This document shows, in pieces, positions 1 through 12,600 of a DNA stretch of 64,000 nucleotides; within the stretch, counting starts at the first letter, position 1, and every line of letters begins with the position of its first letter. The notes under the pieces are model-generated. The model was given only the letters and a program-made list of their open reading frames with translations, was not told where the DNA came from and made no database searches. Source of the stretch: Schmidtea polychroa (taxonomy: Eukaryota); NCBI GenBank assembly GCA_044892525.1, contig CM097888.1, forward strand, positions 49,104,001 through 49,168,000. The letters run 5' to 3'. The position numbers and the translations under genes were made by a program.

Positions 1-830
1 TTGATTGCACTTATTCTTCCACTATTTTACTTCTATCATTGTATATTCTTTTATTATTTTTTCCATTCTCTAGATATCCGGGAAACCAAATACTGCTCCT
101 GATGAACTCTTTTCAATTGTGCTTTGAAATTTAAAGTTTGAATAGTAGCATTTAAAGTAAACTCAATTTTAGGTAACACTTCAATCCAACCTCTAATTCC
201 TCTTAATGATGTGTTGATAAAATTTCGTATTGTTCGAAATTGTCTTTCAATCAAACCATTAGTGTTATGAAAATAAGGACTAGAAAATTGTAGCTTTATA
301 TTGTGATTTTTTGCCAATTCTTTTATAAATTAGACTCAAATGTTTTTCCACAATCAACATGAATAACTCTCGGTGCCCCATATTTTAATATCCAGAATTT
401 CACAATAGTATGCGCTGTAGTTTTTTCGTCTTGCTTTGATACTGCTGTCAACAAACTGTATAGACTACACATATATATAATTCCCAAAAAATATTTCTTT
501 CCATGAATGTTTACCTGCAAAAGTCCACAAAAATCTATCGCTATAATCTCAAACGGTTCCATCACTTGTGTTTTTACAACTATTTCTTTTTTTTTATTGT
601 CAAGGTTTTCGTTTCTGACATATTTCACAACTTTGTATATATTGAGCCGTGATTGTATTTAATTTCACCATATCGTAATTAACTTTTATATAATCGATTA
701 CAATTTTACATCCAACGTGACACAGAATCAGTTTACATGACTCATAGATACGGATACCATATTTTTTATGTGCCAAACCAAAACGTATGGTAACCCTACT
801 CATAGATACTCATGTATATATTATAAGAAC
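1..830 (-). mobile_element. Decayed Ty3/Gypsy LTR-retrotransposon integrase (pol remnant may extend to ~1700)
   Basis: Three broken ORFs: Zn-binding '...CHVG...SCEICQK', core 'PFEIIAIDF...YGAPRVIHVDCG' and 'SSPYFHNTNGLIERQFRTI...W...L...EFTLN'. Confidence 0.85.
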
Positions 831-962
831 TTTTTTCAATTTTACCTCTGATTTCTTTTCAATAGACTATGTAATTATTAAAAATTTTTGACTATAAATC
901 AGTAAATATATCGATGGTTTTTTTTATATTCACGAATTTTCGGCATAGCCTTTTTCAAGTGA
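815..962 (+). repeat. Dispersed ~130-bp short element family; other copies at 4741-4910, 17283-17365, 22622-22760, 27935-27990 (-), 41393-41527 (-), 51339-51410
   Basis: Shared core 'actatgaatcagtaaatatatcgatgtttttt.atattcacgaattttcggcactgcctttttcaagtga'. Confidence 0.9.
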
Positions 963-1759
963 CGATGAGCAATGTTGAGGAATCCTTCAACCTCTGCATT
1001 TTCACATAGAGCTTTCAATGAGTCAAGAATGACATTTATAAATACCGCATCGATACTGTTCACCATTTGAAAGGAATTCTTGTGACTGACAGACAGACAA
1101 ATCTACTGTTTCTTGGTATATTTTTTGTTTCATGATATAGATATATTTTCATGAGGAATGGAGTGAAGTTAACTATTCAAATTAATAATAATTTATAAAG
1201 CAAAAAAATTATTAATCCCATAAAATTCGATTTGAAAATTCTTTTTCTTTTACAACAAAATGACCGGAAGTAGGTAAAAGGAAATTGTTGCGAAACATTA
1301 AGAGTCACTGGAGTAAAGGTTAATTGCCCTTCAAAGTTAATATTTCGTTTAATGTAATTTTCTAAAACAATTTTATATTTAAACATCTTTTATTTTAAAC
1401 AGATTTTAATCACTTTAATTCAATTTTCACAATGTTGAAACATGGGTTCTTTCATATTTGACCACCTTTGAGGGAATTATGTCGGCAAATTTAGATAAAT
1501 CATTGAAATATGTTTATAAACAATTATTATTAACATTTTTTCAACAATTAAAAGGGTTTTTGGATACCTAGAATGTACATATGTATATATGTCTTTTATT
1601 CAATTTGGTGAATGAATATTTTTAAAAATCATGTTTAAATGTTCTGTTATTCCTTTGAATAACCAACCGGAAACCATTTGTACTTTTTTTCTTCTAAATG
1701 TAGTGTTTTGTTTAAATAATTTTATAGTTGTTTAAATTATTACATTAAATTATATAATA

Positions 1760-1763
<4 letters not shown>

Positions 1764-1838
<75 letters not shown>
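1764..1838 (+). repeat. (AAT)n microsatellite; similar tracts at 5354-5439, 6639-6695, 35891-35955, 55845-55905
   Basis: Seen directly. Confidence 0.98.
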
Positions 1839-1839
<1 letters not shown>

Positions 1840-3133
1840 TATAATTGAAATAGAAAGGGCAGACATCAGTCCTTATCAATGAAATAGTCAACTGGCAGCA
1901 CAAACAACAATGGGAAACATTAAAGAAAATTTTCGACATAAAATATTCAATGTTAGCCAATTTTATTTATTAAATTTCCCAGCTTCGTGAAATATCTAAA
2001 TAATAATTTAATGATAGGAAATACTAAACATTTATCACATCAAATAAATTTCTATCGCGAATTTATATGTATTTAAATTTCTATAAATGTTCATAGAATA
2101 AAGTGCAAAATGTACATATTATTTTAAATTAATAATAATATAACAACAAATTTTTAAATTATTTTAAAAGCCTTCAAAGATAAAATAGCAGATATATTTT
2201 AATATGATAATAATGATATAGAGTTTACCAATATTAATTTAATTATTAGTTCAAATTTCATTCANNNNNNNNNNNNNNNNNNNNNNNNNNNNNNNNNNNN
2301 NNNNNNNNNNNNNNNNNNNNNNNNNNNNNNNNNNNNNNNNNNNNNNNNNNNNNNNNNNNNNNNNNNNNNNNNNNNNNNNNNNNNNNNNNNNNNNNNNNNN
2401 NNNNNNNNNNCTAGACAAAAACAATTATAGATTAACAAAATTAATACGGGTTTTTATTGATAATAAATCAAATAATTAATTTTAAAAAATTTACAATTTT
2501 TATAAATTTTTCATTTTCGTTTATCTTCATTTAAGACTATAGATCAATATTCTTATTGTTTTAACATTAGTAATTGATTTTAATTAATATTTCATACATT
2601 CTGACAAAGTTGATATAAATGTAATGATATTAATAAAGAACATTAATAAATAAAAAAAAATTTCATCAATATACATTTAAATATTTGAATTATTATAATA
2701 ATTTATTTTCAAAATTTAATAAAAAATCTATTAATATAAATTTATTAATGTAGACTGTAGACTCTTCATGTATATTGGTACATGATCCCTAAGACATCTA
2801 ATATTTAGAATATTGTCTAATTATTGTTCATTTATTATTGTTCAGTGATGCCTGATATTCATTTTGAATAAAAATAAACAACAACAAAAGTAATTAGTAT
2901 CAAATATGTTATATAAAATAATATTTGTATTAGTGTTGAAAATCTCTTGATTTTTTTCTCTCTGCTTAACTTTCAATGTCAGATTCAGTTCATCAAAAAT
3001 TATTAATCTTTTTATCTTTATTTTGTTCTATTATCTATTGTTTTATATTTCTCTTCAGTGTTCTACATATTTTATTAACAAAATCCTATTACTTATGCAT
3101 TATTTTAACCATAAAAAGTACGTATATTGATAG

Positions 3134-3357
3134 AAGACCCATTATGTTCAGATTTTCACTCAAAGGCAATAAAAGTTGAGAATTACATGAAATTTATTTC
3201 TACGTATTTGTAGAAATTGAATTAATTGCTCATTTCATTCTCATAGATAATATTAAAAGAAAACTCAGTGAAACTTAATTTTTATCCTAATTAGATGCAG
3301 TTCTCATCAAAACCAGAAATCGAAAGGAATACTTATCCCATTCCCTATTGAATACGA
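3134..3357 (+). CDS. Possible 5' exons (3134-3203, 3295-3357) of the Piccolo-like gene
   Basis: Both have AG/GT boundaries, are stop-free when joined, and end in phase 2, which fits the 5471 exon. No recognisable motif. Confidence 0.3.
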
Positions 3358-5352
3358 GTAAAAGTTTACTGGATAAATATCATTAATTTATTTGCCTTGT
3401 TTAGGAGTTTATATTCCATTCAGTTAATTGGATAATATTAGTAAAATTATCACATATTGCTTATTAGAAGCGTTATTTACTAGAACTTAAAAATGTAATT
3501 GTATATTTATTAAAGCAAATTTTGAGATTGAATTATTTTAGACATCTTCCTTTGTTAAAATAATATTTGATGCAATTTCTAATGGTAGACTAATTTTGAA
3601 TATATTTACTTTGGTCAAATTGTAAAGGTTTATTAGAAAGGTTTACTAATAGACAATAGTCATTTTTGATTGGTAGATTGATATCAGCCTCTTGTTAACT
3701 TATAAATGATAGAAATTTTATGACTATTCCTAAGATAGAAAAATACATAAAGTTGACATTTCATGAGTGTATATGAATGCATGAATTCTGTATCAATAAT
3801 CCATTATCCAATTGCACTTCATCTTCACCATTTCACTTTATGTTTACATTAATTTCATAATGATCATTGTCAACACTTCCATTTCTTGTTGTATTTGAAA
3901 AAAAATGTATGCTGATATTATTTTTGTTTATTAATAAATAATATAAATGCTCTTTGTTTAAACTATTCATGTATGTTTATTAGGTCTAATTTAGTTTCAT
4001 ACTGTTTGATAATATGCTTTTCCCTATTTTAATTCTGCTTCTATGTATTCTCAATCCACATAAAATTATCACATATTTTACAGGTCTGAGCATGGAAAAG
4101 GTAGAGAAACACTGATTGAAATCGCTGTTAACAATGACAAATTAATATTTCTAAATATAATATAGTTAAGTCTTTCCGTAAATTTAGACAATTTTACGAT
4201 ATTCATTAATTTCTCAATTAATAATATTTATAATAATAACTATTGCTTTATATTGAATAATATTTTATACAGTAAAACAATAAATTAATAGTAGTCTAAT
4301 CATTGAGAGATACGTTGCAGAGATAGAATTTATATAAATTAAGTAATTATTAAAATTCTTTGATTTTGCACTTTATCCGTTTTCGGAAAGGAGATGTATT
4401 CTTATTTCATTATTTTCTCAAGAGACTTTCATTTGAGTAAAATATTATAATTTATAATATTTTATTTGATGATTTTAGTATTTGTGTTACGAAATGACGA
4501 ACTCTATATTTTGAGTAATTAAAGCTAATATATCTGTCAACTACCCTCCTTTGCCTATTATATTTNNNNNNNNNNNNNNNNNNNNNNNNNNNNNNNNNNN
4601 NNNNNNNNNNNNNNNNNNNNNNNNNNNNNNNNNNNNNNNNNNNNNNNNNNNNNNNNNNNNNNNNNNNNNNNNNNNNNNNNNNNNNNNNNNNNNNNNNNNN
4701 NNNNNNNNNNNNNNNNNNNNNNNNNNNNNNNNNNNNNNNNATCTCTGATTTCTTTTAAATGGGCATTGTATCAAAAAAAATTGACAATGAATCATTAAAG
4801 ATATCGATGTTTTTTGACATTCACGAGTTTTCGGCACTGCCTTTTTTTCAAGTTTAAATGTCAAAAGACATCGATATCTTTACTAATTCATAGTCAATTT
4901 TTTTATAAATACAATTATTATTATTTGTTAAACAATTCAATGATAATTCAAGCTTTATGTTTTGAAGTATATATTTAATGAAATGAATGAATTTTCAACT
5001 ATAAAAAATAGTTCTTTTCAATTGTTAGAAAAAAGACTATTTTTATAGTTCAAAATTCTTTCATTTTATTAAATATATTATTCACAGCAAAAGGCTTAAA
5101 TTATCATTTAACTTTATTATTATTATTATTATTATTATATACATTATTTATAACAATAAAGTGATAATTTAAGTCTTTTGCTGCGAACAATGTATTTAAT
5201 GAAAATATTTTCGACTATAAGATTGACAAGGACTAGTTCTTTTCAATTGTTAGGAAAAAGACTATTTTTATACATTATTCGCAGCAAAATGCTTAAATTA
5301 TCACTTTATTGTTATAAATAATAAATGCTGCTACTAAGAAATCATCACTTTA

Positions 5353-5439
<87 letters not shown>

Positions 5440-5470
5440 CTTCTTCTTCTTTCATATGATTGAATTTTAG

Positions 5471-5675
5471 GGAAATTGAAAATGAGTTAAATTTTATTGA
5501 AGAAGCGGCAAGTTCAAGGAGTTCCAAACATTCTTTGACATTGGATGGAAACCATTGTTCAATATGTTCAAAGTCAATGATTCAAACCGACGCAACAGTA
5601 AATTTGGCATGTGTAAATTGTGGGAGAAAAGTTTGTAATGAATGTGGAATGTACAACAGTGATCCAGGATCAACG
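5471..5675 (+). CDS. Piccolo-like exon: Zn finger, first part (CSIC...CVNC...CNEC)
   Basis: ttttag| acceptor at 5470, |gtaatt donor at 5676; HCSICSKSMIQTDATVNLACVNCGRKVCNECG. Confidence 0.85.
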
Positions 5676-6637
5676 GTAATTCTTTTTGCAATTTATTTGA
5701 AAATCTTTTATTGATTTTCTCAAAATAAAAGAACTAATATTGCAATGCAAATTATGTCAATTTTCATTGTTGACCCTCTCTTTTGTATAAAAGAAATAAT
5801 AAAAAATTAAGTTAAAATAAAATGAAAGTGGAAATGGTATTATGAATGGCAAAAAAGAAAGAGACATGATTCGATGAATTTAATGAATTTTTTTAACTGT
5901 GACATTTTTTATATTTCTGAACTAGTTTGAATAAAAGTTCTTAATTAAAAGTTATTATTGTTGTCATTTTTATTTCATTATTCATATTCGCGAACATACG
6001 CATACTTACATACAGGCATCGCAGCATTCGCAAGATAGATTTTACCGATGACTTGAATGGGCTCGACAATTTCCTGTTATAACTCCTCCATAACATTAAC
6101 AAAATATTAACAAATCTTATACAAATTGGAAATAAATTGAAAATATATAAATAATGAAAAGGATTAAAGATTTTTATTCATTGTAAACGTTTAACAGTTC
6201 TCTTGATTTAGAAACCCACCGCCCAGCTAATAGTTAAAATAATTCCTGGTAAATAATCGGGAAATGGACACAAATTGGCATTTTGATACAGCATCTAGGA
6301 CAAAAATATTTATGGAAGCACTTCAAGATAGGGCATTTAACAATAATATTATCTGAATATTTTCAGTTGTTTATTTATTTGTAAACTTATATAATTAAAA
6401 TATCCATTTACGTCTGGGCAAAAGAAAAACTCCTTTTTAATTAATATAAATGTATTTATTGTTACAAAATATATTTTGAAATTTCTTTATTTCTTATTGA
6501 AAACTATCTTTGCGTCATGCATCAGTGACTATTGTTGGTTCAGTGGAATAGTGCCTTGGACTGCATATGTTTTCTCTATGGGTTCAGAAATAACGTTTTT
6601 AATTTATGATAATAAAGAAGAAGAATACTAATTATAA

Positions 6638-6695
<58 letters not shown>

Positions 6696-9600
6696 TTTTT
6701 TATGACTTTGTGATAATTATTAAGTCAATTAAAAATCCCATTTTAAATTTAATTATTTATTATTTTAACTATAAATTATATCTGTCTTTTGTGTTTAGTT
6801 CGCAGACTTGCTTTGTTCAATTTGCCAGAAGAAGCGTCACATAATTCTCAGTTCCGGTATGTGGTTTCATGGTCTGTGTCACGATCCATTTCCAAAGACG
6901 CTTTCAATACAAGATCTGCTTTTAGTAAATTTTTATCCTTTAATAATTTAAACTAATTTTCATTCAAAAAAAAGTTCAACTGGCATTTTCTGGTATTTAT
7001 TTGACAAACACAAAAAAAGACAAAATTTCAGTAAAAAGATAATACAACAACAATGTAAGNNNNNNNNNNNNNNNNNNNNNNNNNNNNNNNNNNNNNNNNN
7101 NNNNNNNNNNNNNNNNNNNNNNNNNNNNNNNNNNNNNNNNNNNNNNNNNNNNNNNNNNNNNNNNNNNNNNNNNNNNNNNNNNNNNNNNNNNNNNNACACC
7201 CTATTTGCAAACAATTCTTCTTCGGGTCCATTTCTTAAAGTTAGGTAATATTGGTAATAAAGGTAGAGAAATATTGAAAAATAAAAATAAAAAATTGATA
7301 CACCATATTCAATAAAAATTGAGGGTTTTTCTCTATGGTAAATATCGTGAAGTTTAAATTTCTAGCAAATAAATTGTTTCAGTCATGTAAAGAGATATAA
7401 GAATTAAATATAAAGGATACAACAATTATTTTTTAATTAAGAATTCATCAAGTTTTGTTTGCCTTTTTTTTTCTCTTGCACTTTTCTTACTTTCTCAATT
7501 AACTGCAATGAGTGAAGCTCTTCTTTAATTAATTCCTTGGTTTTAGCATAAATAACAAGTTTGAAATCATTTGCATTATTTTACAATTAGTTATAGGTTG
7601 AACTTTTTCATCTTTCTCTAGTCTCTCTTTTTCTAACTTATAATCCTTACTCTCATTTTCTTCATCATCTTGATCATCTAATATGGCATCGAAAATTTCA
7701 TTATCGTTAGGAATATTATAGGTTTCAACAACTTCGAAAACAACATCATTGGTGGTAAGTCTGATCATTTCAGTTGAGCCATTTATTTCCCTGATTTCAA
7801 CATCAACCTTTGTCAGCGCCTCATTAGGTCGATTTTCATTAAAAATCACACAATTGCTAGAACATTTTATCACTGTTTGGGTTTTAACAGATTCCAATGC
7901 ATTTATCATGATCTGAATCGCATTAATTATCGTATGATATTTAACAATATCAGAAAAAGGCCGCCTACAATCAATAATTTCCAATAGAGATAAAATCTGA
8001 TATCTTTAATTGGCATTAAAGTCTGATCGATCAATCCCAAAAGCATCCGATAATTCGAGGGACTAGAGATAGAATAATTTAACGAGTGTGCACGGACAAA
8101 CCACATATATAAAACTACATTAACCTCATTGTCTTTCGATAGTCTGCCTCCTTTTAATGAACCTGCTCTTTCAGCAATTGACATTATTTCCAACTGTTTG
8201 TCTTTCACCGCTTTCACCACTTGAACACATCCCTTAGACACATCAAAATATTTTGCCGTTTCTCTTAAACTTTTATTCCTTCGTATATATTATACAATCT
8301 TTATCTTCTCAAAATCCACAAACTGTCTTTTTATTCTTGTGGTGTTGTTGCGATTTTTCATTTTTATATGGGCTCATAAAAATTTAACTATCAAATAATT
8401 TTCATAATATTAAAACAACTTAATTGTTTTTAATATTTAATCTTTTAATAATATTATAAATACTAGGGGCTCCGCCCCTGTTCGCTTCGCTTCACCAACC
8501 CCGTTAGAACGTGGGGTTAATGTTAAAGTTAGTATCCAGAGTATTCTTGGACAGGAGTAAGATTCAGTAAGATTCAGTTACATAACTATGATAAAAGATA
8601 ATAGCATAAACCGTTTCAAAGTAATATAGAACTATAAGTACAAAAGAATAAATACATCATAAAAAAAAAAATAAATAAATAAATAAATAAAAATAAAATA
8701 AAAACAAAAAAAAGTAAAATTCGGATGGAGGGAACCCTTAGCTTTTTTATATAGAGAGAGATATTTCACTAATAAACCTCTAAATAGAATTTTAAAGATT
8801 ATAAAAAATATAAGATAGTTTTAAATAAGTATATTGATATTCTTTCAATTAAATTAATTAATAATTTTTATATAAATAAAATTGTGTACTTTAAAGCGAA
8901 GTACCTTAAAATTACCCCTTAAAATTACAAATGCGGCTCATTTCCTATTTTTATGTACTTTTATGAGAGGTGTACTTTTTAGTGGATGTACTTTATAAGG
9001 GGGTTTTGATGATCAAGATAACTGTATTTTTTTGTTAAATGATAAATTTTAATAAAAGTTTTAATATTATTCAAATTAATAAACTGTCCCCCTATAAAGA
9101 TTCTTTGTTTTAAAGTTTGTCTTTTTATACGACAATAAATATAAACATAATAATATTTGTTAAAAATACTAATTATTATAATAGTTAAAATATATAACAC
9201 CATTAAAACAAATTCTGACCAATTGCATTTGCGAATAAATTAAATAAATTTTATTTCTGTTTTATTAAACAAAGTCACAAGAAACGGAATTTTAATTTTA
9301 TCTTCCCCAACAAAATTTCACAAGAAGACAAAAAGTCGAAGGCAAAATAAATCTCCACCGGATACCAATGGACACGCAAATATTTATCAGGCATTATTTC
9401 ACAATATAATAAAAAAATTGGAACTCAACCGATTAAATGAAGTTCGGAAATCGCAGTGACACCCACAATAAATGCCCGATGAAAATATTTTTATTTGAAT
9501 TATTATTTGTTTTGTCGAATTGTTTCGTGGATAATTTATGCCTTGAGGCAGCCTTAATTGTAAAAATATGTGGCTTTGAACAATGAGAGGAAATTGAAAT

Positions 9601-12600
9601 TACATTGGGAAAAGTTATTAAATATTAATTTTTATATTTTCTTTAAATTATTTGTAGAAATTTGAATTTTTCTAATGAATTTCTACCTTTTTTGATCTTG
9701 AAAATCTTTATTTGTATTCTTTTAAATAAATAAATAATTAAATGAATAATAGAAAATCGCCAACTAAGTATATTAAAATATAACATTGCTATATGTTTCG
9801 ACCGTTTACCAGTCTTCTTCAGGCTAAGAATCGTACTAATAACAACTAAATGAAAATAAGAATATTCAAAGTGCCCAGTCTACAAGGATTTTGAATGTAT
9901 TTAAATAATTTAACTTTTATATTTATTATTTGGGATGATGTTATTGTTAAATTTTTTGTATGAAATTTATAATTTTTTTGTTTTATATTAATTTTAAAAA
10001 TATTTTTTAGTTTGATACAATTTGATTACTGTTAAATTATATGTCTACATAGCTAGATAATTCTCTTTGTCTTAGTTTATATATTAAAATTGAATATTGT
10101 TATTATGTATAGCTGTTACTGTATAGAAATCTGTTGAACTCAACCGAGTCACCTGTAGAAAATACTGTCTCGGGACAGTTGGGGTACTTGTTTGTAGGTT
10201 ATATAATTGAAAAAAATAACAATAACGAAATTGAATCACTTAATAAACTCTAATAAAAAGACACTTACAATCGTTGAAATAGTTCATAAATATAATAAAC
10301 GATCCAAATTCCAAATATACCAAGTGCGAATGTTTGTCTTCTTTCATTTTCTTTAATTTCTCTTACAAATTTCTTTTGAGGATTTACAACTTTATTCTTT
10401 TAGTTTTTCATTAACTTTTGTATTGGCTTCTTTTTAATTATTCAATTTTTAATATAGTAATATAGTAAATTATATAGTAAATTATCGATATATAGTTTTT
10501 ATTTTATTTTTCTACCCCGCACGTCACACGCAATCAAAAAATAGAAATGCATTACAAATGATAATCTTAAAATTAAAAAAATCATATAATACTACATTAA
10601 CGATTATTATTTGTTAATTGGTTTGAATATTCTTATTTTCATTTAGTTTTTATTAATATGATTCCTAGCCTGAAGAAGACTGTTAAACGGTCGAAATATA
10701 TAGCAATGTTATATTTTAATATACTTAGTTGGCGATTTTCTATTATAAAAAACTTTGCCTTCTTTCTTTGATTATTTATATAAATAAATATTAATATAAA
10801 TATTAATAATCTTTATCTTATCAAATTCCAACCAAAGACTAAGAAACGGTTAACTGAATATTTTTGGACGAAAATAAGATTTAGAAATCTTTACATGTAA
10901 ACATCCAATGTCTACCGAATGTCCAAGATATCAAAGACTGTCGGACATGATACATTTCTCATCAAAATATTTCATCGGATTTGTTCCTTGAAAGATACAC
11001 TGTTTATAAGTTTCAATTATTTTTTGCATTATTAACATTGACAATTAAGATTTAAAGTGTATTTTTTATTTTGTTTTTATCTTGAATATTATTAAAACGA
11101 ATTTCCACAAAATATTTTTTCAATATTTCATTATTCGTAAATTATATTCATACAGGAATTTTTAATACTTTTATTAAGACAATTAATTTAATTTAAATAA
11201 TTAAATTACTTATTTCTACTCCATATCTTCTTTCATGTGTTTGCCACATTACCTATATTCTGTATTTTTTTGTTTTAATTACATTGATAATCAAGATAAA
11301 AATTCAAAGTACTATACTATTTCAAATATATTAAAACAAATATGTATAAAATAAGTAATTGCACAAAATTATTTTTAAATCAATTTTTAATAATAAGTTA
11401 TTATTAATAATTTATTAATGTACTTATTTAACAGTAAGTTTACAAATTTCAATATTATAAATAAATCTTTTTGAAAATTATGTTGATTTTAGTTAAAGTT
11501 TTACATAATTTATTGAAAAATTAAAATTTTATAAATGAAATAGTTTTAAATATTAAAAACACTGATTAATAACATGTATTGAATGATTGTGTACTGTTGA
11601 AAATCTGCTGAGTGAATATTTCTGAAATTCGTCTTTGAAAAACTAACTTTGGCTTTAGAAATTTATATATCTCAATTAAGTATATATTTATATATCTCAA
11701 GTCCAGATGAAATACTTTCTCAATTAATGAAGAGACAACGACGAATTAATATTATATTGCAATATATCCTATGTAATATACATTTTTAATAATTAATAAT
11801 AAATTTGTTAATTATCTTAATATTTTTTTTCAACTTCTAACATTGCTCGATGAATTGCAATAATTAATGGTTTTGCCATCCCACAGGTTGTAATCGNNNN
11901 NNNNNNNNNNNNNNNNNNNNNNNNNNNNNNNNNNNNNNNNNNNNNNNNNNNNNNNNNNNNNNNNNNNNNNNNNNNNNNNNNNNNNNNNNNNNNNNNNNNN
12001 NNNNNNNNNNNNNNNNNNNNNNNNNNNNNNNNNNNNNNNNNNNNNNNNNNNNNNNNNNNNNNNNNNNNNNNNNNTATTTATTATAATTTAGCGCCGTAAG
12101 AAAATTAATACTGTTCATAATAAATTATGTTTTTTTATAAACCTACAAAACTACAATATTAAGGAGGCTGTAGTCAATATTAAAATCCCCCACATAAATT
12201 ATAGATTATCAAATATAAATTAGGGATAAAATATTTTCGTAAAACCTTTATTTTGGTTTTGTTATAGGAATTGTATGAGAATAAAAAAAACTAAAGAAAA
12301 TGGACGAAGAAATTCAAAATTTAATAACGTAATTGATTTCTTTCAAAAAGATATATATTGTAATATATCCTATGTAATATACATTGTTAATAATTAATAA
12401 TAAATTTGTTAATTATCTTAATATTTTTTTTTCAACTTCTAACATTGCTCAATGAATTGCAATAATTAATAGTTTTGCCTGACGTCCCTGATTACAGCCT
12501 GTGGGATGGCAAAGTTTGTAATGTTTATATTATTTTAATGTTAGACATCCGTAAACAAAATATTTTACACTATAATAAATAAATTGATAAATTTAATACG

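Noticed and set aside
1745-1960. Poly-Tyr ORF (and poly-Asn ORF 5345..5527)
   Set aside because: Translations of (AAT)n/(TTA)n microsatellites.
4084-4100. 17-nt micro-exon (acag|GTCTGAGCATGGAAAAG|gtagag)
   Set aside because: No stop-free reading ends in phase 2 to join exon 5471 without an unseen exon; unsupported.
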